A model generated the notes under the pieces. The model saw only the letters and a program-made list of their open reading frames with translations. It did not search any database and was not told the DNA's origin. A stretch of DNA of 62,953 nucleotides, counting the filler, from Choristocarpus tenellus KU-1152 (Eukaryota; Protista; Phaeophyceae), in assembly GCA_964200185.2 (NCBI GenBank). It is 9 parts of 9 records of this genome, joined end to end, with 100 filler letters (N's around TTAATTAATTAA, not from the genome) between each part and the next. Parts side by side here need not be neighbours in the genome. Positions count along the whole stretch, not along the records: positions 11,769 to 33,206 come from CAXNAD020000344.1; 8 more parts are not named here. One strand, given 5' to 3'. A program made the translations under genes and the position numbers. Positions 11,769 to 24,427 of the stretch are shown here, one piece after another. Numbering within the stretch: position 1 is the first letter of the stretch; each line of letters opens with the position of its first letter.

Positions 11769-14700
11769 AGGGATGAATAGATTTGGCTGTGGGAGGCTGA
11801 AGGTGATCCCCTGTAAGACCCCCTCATTGAGTGCCTCTGGTACTGATTCAGCACTAACAGCCCTTTGCCATCTCTGTAGCACCTGGTATTGGTTGTACAA
11901 GGAACAAGACACATCGAAAGGTATGAGGTACTGGGATGAAGACACATACATCGTAAATATATATATATATATATATGGAAGAGTAAGTCACTCTTGTATA
12001 CTAGTGTGTAGTGCATCATTAAATAATACAAGTGTATAGTACATCATTAAATAATACTAGATAGTACATTAAATAATAGGAGGTAATAACTATGCAAAAG
12101 AGAGCTATTCTAATAGAGTATGGAGCACTCTAGTCGCTGGGACCATAAACTCATGGAAGAGAAAACAGAAGGTCAGCGGAGGAGGTGGCCAAGGTAAAGG
12201 TACCACTGGTCAATGTACGGACCATATCCTAACAAGATCCTAACAAGATCCTAACAAGATCCTAACAAGATCCTCCAACCAGCATACCGCATTCCTGCAC
12301 CTCCCATGGCTGACACATTGTTTGGGGAACGCAGCGCGTACAAGGAGTACATCAAGCATCGCGAGGGTCTTGTGGTTCCTTCTGGGCCAGGCCACGAGGG
12401 GAGCTGCAGCGATGGTGGTCAGTACCTACGAAAATAACGGCAGCCCCAAAGGGAGGGCAGCCTGGCTTGAATTAGAGCAGATCTATGGGGGGCGCGCTGC
12501 GGTTCAGCGGCCCATGCAGGTCATAGTCATAACTCCTTGTATGCACTGCGTTCCCCAAACAATGTATCAGCCATGGGAGGTGCAGGAATGTGGTATGCTG
12601 GTTGGAGGATCCGGTACAGTCCCTTGCCGCCCGCATAGCTCACCAGCGCCATCCGCCATTCTGCCCACTTCTCCCTTGTATGCCCCCATGCTCTAGTCCA
12701 TAGTAGCTTACGGGGGTCCGTTTACGTACCAATGAGGCTCATAACCTATGCAAAAGAGAGCTATTCTAATAGAGTCTTTGCGCACATCAGCAGACATATC
12801 AAAATGTGCTTCCGTCAGTCACACTACTCCATTTACCCTCCCTAAGTAATAAGAAATCAATCCACCGAGATTCGAACCTATTACTCCACTCAGTCAGCAT
12901 ACGGAAACAAGTCATTGACACTTACTCCACTCAGTCAACATACGGAAACAAGTCATTGACACTTACTCCACTCAGTCAACATACGGAAACAAGTCATTGA
13001 CACTTACTCCACTCAGTCAACACTTCTGTTGTGTTGTGCTGGTCACTAAACACATATAAACCATATATAGACTATCTAGCCTATATTGCACAACAACAAG
13101 TAGCAACGAAAAACTTTACATGAGTGAGGAAACACAAAAAACACTCACATCACACATTGGAAGAAATAGAAAAGGATGGATTCAATCAAAGGCTGTCTAC
13201 CTTTGAGGTATACCATTGGACACTGTTCAAACAAGACAGCAGGAATAGATGGATATGGACTGCATTTAGTGGCATTGTTCATGCAGTGGCAGTGTCCTCG
13301 TTTGATTTTTAAAATTAAGATAAAACAAGAACAGAATGAAGGACACCAAACACAAACACAGACACCAACCCACTGCTTGACATTACCAATCCTGTAAACA
13401 TTCACAAAAATCAAGAGGAGGCAGACACCCATCTTCAGGAACCTTGTCATGGATTTGGAGGGCAAAGGCACAATTCCACTCCACCACCGACAACAACTGG
13501 ACCACACCTTCCAAGAGGGTAACACAATATCAAACTACACACTAGGTAGTAATATATCACAATATCAAACTACACACTAGGTAGTAATATACCATAATAT
13601 CAAACTACACACTAGGTAGTCATATAACACAATATCAAACTACACACTAGGTAGTAATATATCACAATATCAAAATACACACTAGGTAGTAATATAACAC
13701 AATATCAAACTACACACTAGCTAGTAATATACCAAAACTCTTGTTGTGGTGAAGCTCTGGGCACATGTGACAGAAACAAATAATAATAAAAATGTGTATG
13801 CTATTGGTAAATATATATATGCTGCTTCAGAAGTGCATTCACAGTATAAAATAAACTGTATGTAAGGACCTTGGCGAACACATACATTCACACTTCCTTG
13901 ACATGCTACCACGACTGTTTCAAGAACAACATCACATTTTTTTTTTAAATAGTATTATTACTAATTCAACTAAATGCGAGGTGCTGCATAATGGACGGTA
14001 CATGTCTGTACAAACAAGTAAGAATTGGAAATTAAAACTATTGATAACAGAGTGATTTGTATGGTGCTATGACTATGGGTTGTGAGGCGTATTGTCAACA
14101 AATAAAAATATTAATTAAATGTATTCGGAAAAAACAGTAAGGTCCTACATACTATTACATACATGATGTATCAGAAAGTAGACCTTTTTGTTCTGAAAAA
14201 GAAAAGTGGTAAAATGCGATAGTGGTTGTGTGTTGGAAGACTACTAAAAGTAATCTGGTTAAAGTTAAACCAATGGAATTTGACTGTTGTGAAGAGTGGT
14301 AAGAGTATGGTTGACTGTTTGTCTTCATGGTGTCGTTTTCATAGTAGAGTGCAGCTGGCTGGGGCCTCCCCCTAACCCTAATTAAGAAATAACAAAATAT
14401 AATAAATATTAACAAGATAAGGAAAGAATGATGACATGTCATTGCATTGATCAAGTTCTTAATAATCAGTTAAGCCAAGGGCTAAATGGGATGGTGTGTG
14501 TTTGCACCAAAATGATTTTGACAGGTTACAGTGGTAACAGCAAGAGTTGATTGGATGGAATGTGACCAACATTATACATCACAGTATTAGAATTGAGATT
14601 TAAAAAATGGTATGACACATCACAAACCTAGTTAATAAACACAACAATAACAATAATAATCATTACAGTATTACAGTGACAAGGCTTACAAAAGCAGAAA

Positions 14701-17700
14701 GAGAGAGAGTGCTTGTGCAGATGAGTTAACTTTTTAAATGTCTACACTCATGATTTTACTGCAAAATGGTTAGGATAACCAGTGATAAGGTAATGCATAG
14801 TCAGAAAACACTTTGGCACAGAGACCATACACTTATCACTCACTTATACACTTATCATTCAATTATACACTTACCATTCATTTATACACTAATCATTCAC
14901 TTACACACTAATCATTTATTTATACACTAATCATTCACTTATACAATAATCATTCATTTATACACTTACCATTCATTTATACACTAATCATTTATTTATA
15001 CACTAATCATTTATTTATACACTAATCATTCACTTATACACTAATCATTCACTTATACACCCATCATTCACTTATACACTAATCATTTATTTATACACTA
15101 ATCATTCACTTATACACTAATCATTTATTTATACACTAATCATTCACTTATACACTAATCATTTACTTATATACTTACCATTCACTTATACAATAATCAT
15201 TCATTTATACAGCAACTGGAAAAAAACCAAGGATACATCATATGAGTGATGATATCTAACATGCACTATGACTCCCTTGTGGTATGCATGTTTTGAACAT
15301 TGTGGGGGGGCACTTTCAGCTAACGATGTGTTAACACTAAATTTTTTATATGGTCACATGGTCTTGAGGGGGGATAACTGCAGTTTAGACTGGGGCATAT
15401 TGATAGTGTATATGACACAAGGTTAAAAAGGTCATAGAAATTAAAAAACAACCAAAATCGACCACCCTCTTTGATAATTTAACTATTATTATTTAACTCA
15501 TATTAAGTGACTGCCCAATAAAAAATAAGGAATAAGGTTTTAATCTGAATTTTCAACTCCTACAAATAATAACGGTGTACTACTAGTCATAACCCTAACC
15601 CTAAACCAAAACGATCAATACGGAAATCAAAATAAAAGGAAATGGATCTACATCCAATCTCCTCTCTATATTTGTGATTTATTATATTAGTAGTATAATA
15701 CAGATGGAAACTTATCAGATTAACTCATCCTCCAGAAAACCATTCATAAGACTCACGATTCTCTTATGATATTAACATTCACAAAATGCTGGTAACAAAA
15801 AGAAAAGGCGAGTAGCACAAACACCCTAACCCTGATAATCCCTCTGAAATATCTATAAAAACTACAAGAACAAAAAATGGAGCAATACAAGGAGTCACTC
15901 AAATGTCAAACATATCTATTTATATCAAAACAAGGGTATAACTGCGACTACTTCTGCCAAAAGCCTCCTCCAAAGTACAAAAAAAAGTGTCAATACAGAA
16001 CACAAAAAACGCCACGCAGTGGTGTATACATTTTATTAACAATATATTAGTAGTAATAGAGTACGTACTTATTATTAACAATATAATAGTAATAGTATAC
16101 ATACATATTAACAATATATTAGTAATAGTATACATACATATTATTAACAATATATTAGCAACAGCATAAATGTTATATAGTAGTATATAATAGTAGGCAC
16201 ACTGTGGACTAGCTATCACTCTTTCAAGCAATAGTTCACTGTCTCTTCGTGCAGACAATGGTTGTTACACCATTACTTGAAAGAGACATATCCTGGTATA
16301 CAATACACAGTGAATGTCATAATCACTGAGACTTCCGCACCAACAACGAATAGTTCCTATGAAGAGCAAATGCATGTTTTACTTCTCTGGCTAAGGGCGT
16401 TGGTCATCTGAGCAAAGAACTGAAAAACATCAACAACACAAACAGAATAAACCCAAATCTTTACTTCAGTGTAACATACTTACCACTATATATATACTCA
16501 CCAGTATATACTTGCCGGTAAATATTTAATAGTTATCTCCTATCACTTCTCACTTTTCCAAGCGCCTGATATACACTGTATGTATGTATATATGTATGTA
16601 TGTATAGGTTTTGTGAGAGCAATTAACACTGGTGCATCAATTAAATCTCAAGTGACTGATAACACACATCCCCACCTCACTGGGAACAGAGTCTTTCCAA
16701 AAGCACACCCCAAAGCGCTGCTCTTTCTGGGGAGGTCGATCTTCTCCAGGCTTCCTGCACAGTGGATGATACTGCCCTTCCTCCTCCTCCTCCTCCTCCT
16801 CCTCCTCTTCATCTCCACCTTCATCTTCATCTTTATCCTCATCATCACAGATATTATCATCCCCACCCTCATTCATACTATTCATTTCTTCCTCATCACC
16901 ATTTCCTCTCCCATGGATCACTGACACACCATCCACAGTCCTCCCAAATAAACTGGATTGGACATCATAGCGGGCTGCCTCAGGTGTGAATTTCAGAAGA
17001 ATCCCCTGTAGAATATCACAGTAACACCAAGCAAAGTCAACTAGATACTTAAATACACAGACCTTCATTGTGATCATTTTGATGTGATAATGTGATATCA
17101 ACATTAATAGTGTTGGGTATTAAGGGTGTGCTTGGCATTGGGGTAGTGGTTGGACCAGGTGTAGGTGACAAGGAATGCAATCATGTATATTTCCACCCAA
17201 TTTAGGCAGAGTTTGCTGTTTCACTTTCCAAATACCTATCGTTTCCTTCCATGATCCCTGGTGAATGTCTAAGGCTAGATTTTCAAAATACAATGGAAGG
17301 GATTCATCAAACTGTCTAATTCCATTTTGATACACCTTGGGGAGAAAATGACCAATAGATCAACAATTCTAGAATCCCTCCGAGGAAGGACCATAGATAT
17401 AGTAAAGGAGGGTGGAGGTTCTTTCCTTGCAATCCTCCATAGACAAGCCTGCCAAGATTATGAAAAAGAAAGAACTTCATACTTAATACTCAGAGAAGCA
17501 AAAATGGCATTGGAGGTTTTAGTAAAAGCACATTCCAAACTATGATCCACAGGTCAGAAGGCCCCCCTGGAGAAGCACACTGCTATGTTATTGTATACCA
17601 CATACAATATAACCGCATTGTCAATCCTATACGTTGGTACACTAGTACACTACAAAGAACACACTATACAATACAGTATACTACTGTATTGAGATTGTCA

Positions 17701-20700
17701 AGATGATGACTACTGTGAAGCTAAGATATAAAGTTATCTCAGTACCTGTGGTAACACGCACTAAATTTTGTGTTATCTCCAAACATTTACTTATACACAG
17801 CACTGTACTCTCCAAATAATACTAATACTTCAAAGTAAGTACAGTACACCATAAATAGTACTCAAGGTGTTGTGCTAATGTTACTTTTAGTATCACTATT
17901 ACACCAATATGGTACCTCCCACCAAAGGTTTCTGACAACTTTATTAACAAGGTCTACGCAAGATCCGAAAAAGGACCTCACAACATGAGAATGATCTAAT
18001 CAACTCTGACCAACAGTCACCTGAATCATACCCGGATCCCAATCCTCCATGAGATACGGCCCCCTGAGAATGTGCTGGTCTGCATATCGTGACAAAGGGG
18101 CCATCCGCTCAGCTAGCTGCTCCACATACTCTACCGGCTCTGTCTCCTCCTGAAAACTGATTGTGACAATTACAATTGTAGTCTATACTACCCATATATA
18201 ACTATAAATATGAATATAAATATGAATATAAATATGTAAGGCGACTACAATGATACACAGCAGGCTGTCATAAACACAACTTCACCTTTGTTACAAATAA
18301 TCTTGTAATCAATGGGATCATGAGGGGAGAGTGAGCCCTTCAAAAGCAATCCCCATGGTGTAAGAGAACAAGTATGCCAAAGGGGCAGCAACAACAATGT
18401 GATCTACAGTACAATGTAATCTACAAAACAATGTGATCTACAAAACAATGTGATCTACAATACAATGTGATCCACAATACAATCAACAAGAGCGCACCGG
18501 TACAGGATATCTGAAACGTCTCTGATCTCATTGAACACCCACTCCTGGGGACCCTCACGGCGCAGCATTGCTATGTAACAGTACATCGCCTCCACAATGT
18601 CCAGCCAGTGCCGTACTCCAGTCTGGCAAGCACACCAAAAATAATGAAATTAAATAATGAAATTAAATAATGAAATTAAATAATGAAATCAAATCAGAAG
18701 GCAATCAAAACTAAATAGTAGGAGGTAGGAGGAGAGGTAATAACAGACAGTGCCAGTGACACAGCCTGAGAGTGATGATAGGTGATGGTAGGTGATGGTA
18801 CTATAAATAGATTAAAGTATGTCAAAAGTATGTCAGCACTTCACCGAAGGGAGTGATGGTAGGGCTGTTCTTGGCATGAAACCAACAACCACATACATTG
18901 AATGTATTAACAGATTGCATTTGAAGAAGTGAAGAAAAACAACAGATCAATAAACAACCACTGTACACAGCCAAGTAACAAGCAAAAGTGCAAAGTGTAA
19001 CTAATTTCCATCTGCAGGAAAAATATCCTCCTTCAAGGTATCAACCTGTGTCCGGTAGATGACGTATTCAATCTAAGTGTTAGAATATCTCTTAGTGTTT
19101 ACTCCTTGGAAATAAAATGAGCCATACTGATAATAACTTTGTAACACAAAACACAGTTAACCATGACACATAAGCATCGCCAGCAGCACCATAGCATGTC
19201 AGGGTTGATTAGCAAAATCACAGAAAGTTATTATGAGTAAAAAAAAAAAAACACTGAAAAGAGTAGATGGCAACAAAGAACACTTTCGTTGCCCCATGTG
19301 GGAGGTGACATTCTTCACACCCTAACCCTAACATCAGCATAATAGCAGTTGCAAATATTCTAACACCAACATCTAATTCTGTCCAACATAATTCATGACA
19401 ATATCTATTTTACCAGAGTAGTAATACCCGTCAAAAACTAACCAATAACCTATCAATAAACTATCAATAACCTATCAATAACCTATCAATAACCTCTCCA
19501 CTGGGTTTTGTACAAGGTCCCAAGTGGCCATCATCATGAAAGAAAGAAAGGTATGCATCGGCTCAGTGTTCCAAAGGTCTATTGGGATATTTCTCAGAGG
19601 CAATTCAAATAGATCTCCTCCTATACACAGCATTACCTGATAATACACGTAACTACAAGTACAACAACACTCTACTGACAGTTCAAGGCAGCTTCTCATA
19701 GCAAAGAATTTCCAAATGTACTTGAGTGCTGCAAGCACAATTCAGCATTGTGGTGAGAGAGGTGAGATATACTCGACGCAATGGATGGGATGGTTTGACT
19801 TAGCAAAAGTGAAGGTGCACAGAAGTTTTTCATCATCGTCATTAGGAGTTGGCTGGAAGATTGACAGCAAAGTCTCATAGCTAACATCATACCCGGTGAA
19901 GGTACATCACAGCAGAGAACTTGTGAGTACTCTAGAGTGACAGCTCAACTCAGAATTAGAAAGGAATATGCACACAATATAGATTCCTTACCTTGGTGAG
20001 ATTAAAGGTCACACAGAACAACGCGCAGCAGGACCCACTCTCAAAGCCAGTTCCATCCACCCCTGCTGAGATTCCCGTTGCCCAACGCCTCTCCCTTAGC
20101 AGGCTGAAGATACTACCCTTGCCCTCATGACCAATCAGGTGACCCAAGTACTCGCAAGGTTTAGCCTTGTACAGACTGTGGACAGGTGATATGGGAAGGC
20201 ATGATGACCAATTTCAGCAAATGCACATCACCCTGCATGCCTCTATCCTCTCAACACTCAATCCCTAACCCTACCAAAAGTATAGTTCTTCCCAAATTAC
20301 ATAAGCAATGAGCTACATACTTTGTTCCTCCCGATACATTCGAGATGTGCCAATACTTCTTTAAAGCATGAGGTCAACTGACTGAGAAACATCATATCCA
20401 CCCTAAGTCACACTGAAGCTGTAGACGGTGGATATCCCAAGCACAAGCACAAGTACAGTAGTTGATGCAACAGCAGGTGCTACTGCAAACAGAATTTAAT
20501 CTGTGCAAATCGTAATAATAATAATAATAACAACAATAATAATAATAATAATAATATCATATGCTCATATCCAGACAAACACAAACAAAAGACATGTATG
20601 GGAACAACAATCACTCAAGAGTGGCAGGACTGGAACAGTCAGAAAACAAAACACTTCAACAATAAACTTCAATAAACTTCAAGAGCCAAGTTTCTCGTTG

Positions 20701-23700
20701 AAGTTGAAATGCACACGAAGACATGCCTGTGTCAAATCACATCAAAATCGTAACACACAAAAAAAACCCGCAAACAATCAATCACAGATGACTGCCTTCC
20801 TCCATATCATAGCACCCTACCTCCTTTGTGCCAGATGCAAACTTGGCATATGTGAAAGGATGACACACAATCAGATTAGCTTTCTTATCCACTTCACATA
20901 TACAGCATCGCAATTCCAGCACAACCTACCTGAGCTGTTCCTCTAGCTGCCAAGTAATATGAAGGTCATGAATATCTTTCACTGGTTGCACTCGAAAAAC
21001 AGTCCCTAAGCAGTCTACAGCCATGGGCAAGCCCGCTGATGCTACCTCTGCCGCAAGGGGCAGCTCTGTTCCGATAACACTGTTTCCCCTCCCATTTGAC
21101 CCTACAGCCTGGTCACTACCAGCAATGCCTGAGAAGTAATCAACAACCAGGTCTTGCAACTTGTCCAACGAATCAGTTCCTAGCACCACAAGGTGCATTG
21201 CAGGGGCCTTATAATGCAATTTGTAGAAGTCGAACAGCATTGCCCGGACATCAACCCCTTTGCTCTCTGGTTCATCCTTCAAGGAGGCCTTGCTGCCCCA
21301 ACAGAACTTGCTGAAGGGATGTCCTGCATGAATCACCCACCAGAAACACAGAATAACAAAGATCCCACGTAAGTTGAACAGGGTATCGCCTCAAAACTCA
21401 ACAAATGGTGGCAAATCCAGTCAATACAGTGTTGTGGTGCACCCACGGGTACAGAGGTATGACCAGTAAAGGACAAGCCCAGGAAATATGTGCTTGGAGT
21501 TGAGGGTGTCTTGTAAGGTGTCTGAGTGTTTCTAGAGTGTGTTGATGTTTTGCATAGCCTGTCACAATCTCAATATCCTCTACATCTTCCCAAATTTGTA
21601 TGTATACATGGCATATTGCCTTAAGTTGATAAATACTGACACCACACTAACCCAGAACATCCATCTCGAGAAGATCTATCAAATACACCCCTCACCAGGC
21701 TTGGATGTGTGGCACCACAGCTCTTGTAGACGGCAACTGTCACTGTTGCGACTGAGGCAGAACTCGCTTTCAATGCTCCTAAGCTCACGGTCACTGATGT
21801 CAGCCAGCATGAGGGGGCTAATAAAGACCTGTGCAAAAATATCAAGGGCCTTTTGGCATACGATAGAGTGGGACACATAACATACATACGTGTATAAGGT
21901 GCCGTCATACAGTGACAACCACAGGAAACTGAAGGGTAGCTTATGTATCGTGAGTAGACATAAAGGAGCAATATCATGGGTGACATCACGTATTAGTTTC
22001 AAATACAACAAACCAAAAGGTAACAAAATCTGATCAGTAACTTCTGCTGATGTAGGTTTGTTGTCATTCATCAAGTTGATTCATTCAATGGATAATCTAC
22101 TGGATATATAGACACTTGCTCAATAAACAAGTTCTACAATGATTGAACTTAACAGTCATTCTATCAATTTTCACTATACAAACAGCTCGTTCTATCCTGC
22201 TATATCAATCAGGGCAACGACAACACTCTCACTCCTGCAAAGCCTAGCTGTACCTAGAGTGTTTAGAAGTGGCCACTGGAAACTCTTGAAACAACCTGAT
22301 TCATCACACTCATCTCCAAATATTGCCCAGCTTCCTGCGTACGTGAAAGCATGAACTACACCGTCTCCCAAACTCAGGAGAGTCAGCTTTCAAACATACA
22401 TTTACACTATAGCACTAAGACAATGTAGTACTCTTTGTAAAGAAGTAGGCAGGTCTATATCCCATCACAACAGTCACCCTGCTGGGCACAATTCAACCAC
22501 ACCTTGCTTAGGTGCTGTGGCAGGATGTCAAAGTGATAAAGTGTGTACTCGCATTCCGTGTACGCATTGGTTGACCCCCCATGCTGTGATATGAATGAGT
22601 CGTACTCATTCTCATCTGGGTATTTCTCAGAACCCATGAATAGCATGTGCTCTAAGTAATGCCCTAAGCCCTGTTGCAAGGATTAGGGTAGTTGTAGGGT
22701 TTAAAGTGAGGATTGTGTTGGATCAGGACAATTACTCCAATGCATGCAGTGAGTCTCTCATTATCCGATAAGCAAAAGTGTTGGCAAAGGTTGGGAGATC
22801 CGTTGAAATTCTAGTTCTGACATGCACAGGGATGTGTTTCATATGTAGTACATACTGTAGGTATTCCAATCTTGAATAATCCAGGTATCAAATCCGGAAA
22901 GCAGCAATTTGTTGTTCACAATCTAAAGAAATTTATCTGAAGCCATAGTCATACCTGGCAGCAGTCAGGGTCAGAGAAGCTGCCCACACCCACGACCATG
23001 GCTGCAGCAGCCTTCTTCACACTCTGGCTCTCTTGCTCCTTCTCGAAGTATGGGTCAAGTACAAGTCGGCCAAACAATGGAGTTCTTCACGGGGGTGGTG
23101 GATATGAAAGTTTGACTAATGAGTAAGGCTGAAGCAACCTTTTCTGCCCTCTGGCTCCCCTTACACCTTATTTGAGTATGGATCAAGTACAACTTGGAGC
23201 AACGATGGGACTGGTTCACCAAGTTGGGGACGGAAAATCTAATTCCGCAACTATAACAGCATTATTTTCTAACATATCAGTGCTCTCGGCAACAAGAGGC
23301 ACTTCCACGAAAACGGTCAGAACATGGACACTAGACACCTTGATCCGACCAGCAATATGGTTGGGTCAAGGTTGGAAGGGAGAAGATGCACATCGTCTGC
23401 CCCTCATCTTCACCGCAATATATAAATAATGTTCTATGTACCTCATTATCCACACTCATTCCATCCTCCTCGTCAGCATCGTCATAATCATGATCATCGT
23501 CTTCGCTGCTCCCTTCACTGCTCCCTTCACTGCTCCCGTCTTCAGTGTCTCCACCCAAGCTCCGATTGCATACTTCGGACCCAGTCCTCTCCCCATATGA
23601 TGAGCTTCAAACAAAGTAGAGGCATAGAGTGTCAAATGTTTGGCGTCTATTTTGATGAAGACAGCGAGGAGTAGCCGATGTATCACTTAGCAAAATACTA

Positions 23701-24178
23701 TGCGTGAAATGGAAAGGTCAATTAACTCCATCGTGACCAGCGGACGAGCACTCTTCTCTAGTATGAATGGGAAACAACCCTTCAATAATATCTTCTTGCG
23801 TACAAAGAGTACCTTGAGGGAGGGTCGTGCACCAGCAGCGCACGCAACCCATTGCGAAGTCGAATGAGTCTGTAGGATTTCTTGTCCGAGTCCGCCTTGG
23901 TCAAGTCCACGTCCCCCAGCTGCACCTAATCATTTGTGGCGTGGAAAGTAATCAAAGTTCCTATTTCCCTCTACAAGCCCGTGATACCCTCGGCAGAACC
24001 CCAATGGGACTAGGTTTGGCAAGTACAACGTTCTGCAAAGGTAAACTATGCACGAGATAATGGACAAACGCAGTGCTCAACAGTCATACTTCAAAAGGGT
24101 GGCCCAAAATGAGCGCTCCCAGCGGATGATGATTGGGCGGTACCAGTAGCTTACCGCAGCTGGCGATAAGTCAGTCAT
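11769..24178 (-). CDS. Nardilysin/insulysin-like zinc metallopeptidase (M16A), partial, 3' end off contig. Exons: 24178-24155, 23925-23813, 23604-23442, 23038-22955, 22670-22503, 21849-21696, 21323-20930, 20175-19992, 18622-18498, 18156-18021, 17005-16676, 11882-11769
   Basis: Phase-consistent GT-AG exons give MTDLSPAA-VQLGDVDLTKADSDKKSYRLIRLRNGLRALLVHDP, an acidic insert, KKAAAAMVVGVGSFSDP, GLGHYLEHMLFMGSEKYPDENEY (inverted HxxEH zinc motif), GHPFSKFCWGS, YLGHLIGHEGKGS, GPQEWVFNE and LPQPNLFIP. The acidic insert upstream of HxxEH is nardilysin-like. Confidence 0.93.
12226..12274. repeat. 11-bp tandem repeat (ATCCTAACAAG) x~4.5
   Basis: Directly visible perfect units. Confidence 0.9.
12300..12520 (+). 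mobile_element. Ty1/copia gag-like relic inside nardilysin intron 11
   Basis: LWFLLGQATRGAAAMVVSTYENNGSPKGRAAWLELEQIYGG resembles the GRxAWxxL gag motif of copia elements; no pol or LTRs seen. Confidence 0.55.
12881..13022. repeat. 41-bp minisatellite x~3.5
   Basis: Unit TTACTCCACTCAGTCAACATACGGAAACAAGTCATTGACAC, head-to-tail with no spacers. Confidence 0.92.
13523..13733. repeat. 35-bp minisatellite x~6
   Basis: Unit CACAATATCAAACTACACACTAGGTAGTAATATAT with minor variants. Confidence 0.92.
14827..15210. repeat. 19-bp minisatellite x~20
   Basis: Unit TTATACACTAATCATT(CAC/TAT) with variants. Confidence 0.92.
16030..16160. repeat. AT-rich 33-36-bp tandem repeat x~3.5
   Basis: ATTAACAATATATTAGTAATAGTATACATACAT-like units. 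Confidence 0.8.
17120..17560 (-). mobile_element. Possible decayed hAT transposase C-terminal relic in nardilysin intron 10 (similar relic possibly at 19475-19890 in intron 8)
   Basis: IGIWKVKQQTLPKLG and PIDLWNTEPMHTFLSFMMMATWDL loosely resemble the hAT dimerisation motif (L.WW.....FP.L..MA.D.L); weak. Confidence 0.25.
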
Positions 24179-24427
24179 GTGTATTCAAATGTGGACAAAG
24201 CCTTTTTATCCCTCAACCCTTTGATCCATCATTTGGGAACATCTTCGTGAAATCTTTCGTTGAGAGGAGGCGTTTTCTCCTTCTACTCTCAGCTATTCGC
24301 TACAATACTAAGATTTACAACGTAGTACTAATCTAAATACTTTCCCCTATTACAAGTTGGAGAACCTTCTGCCGTGTATGCTGTGATCCTTCTGAGAGAA
24401 GGGTGATCCTTCTGAGAGAAGGAAGGC
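24179..24427. promoter_or_regulatory. Short divergent (probable bidirectional) promoter region
   Basis: 249 bp between the opposing ATGs at 24178 (-) and 24428 (+); the surrounding first exons are CpG-rich compared with the gene bodies. Confidence 0.6.

Noticed and set aside
12881-13733. 35-41-bp repeats resembling CRISPR arrays
   Set aside because: Units are head-to-tail without unique spacers, there are no cas genes, and they lie in a eukaryotic intron.
11769-16675. Apparent truncation of nardilysin after exon 11
   Set aside because: The next exon (VLQRWQ...LPQPNLFIP) is at 11882-11769 and runs off the contig; the missing C-terminal half is an assembly limit.
16580-16989. Poly-Leu, poly-Pro and poly-Arg ORFs
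   Set aside because: Alternative frames of the (GAG)n acidic exon of nardilysin.
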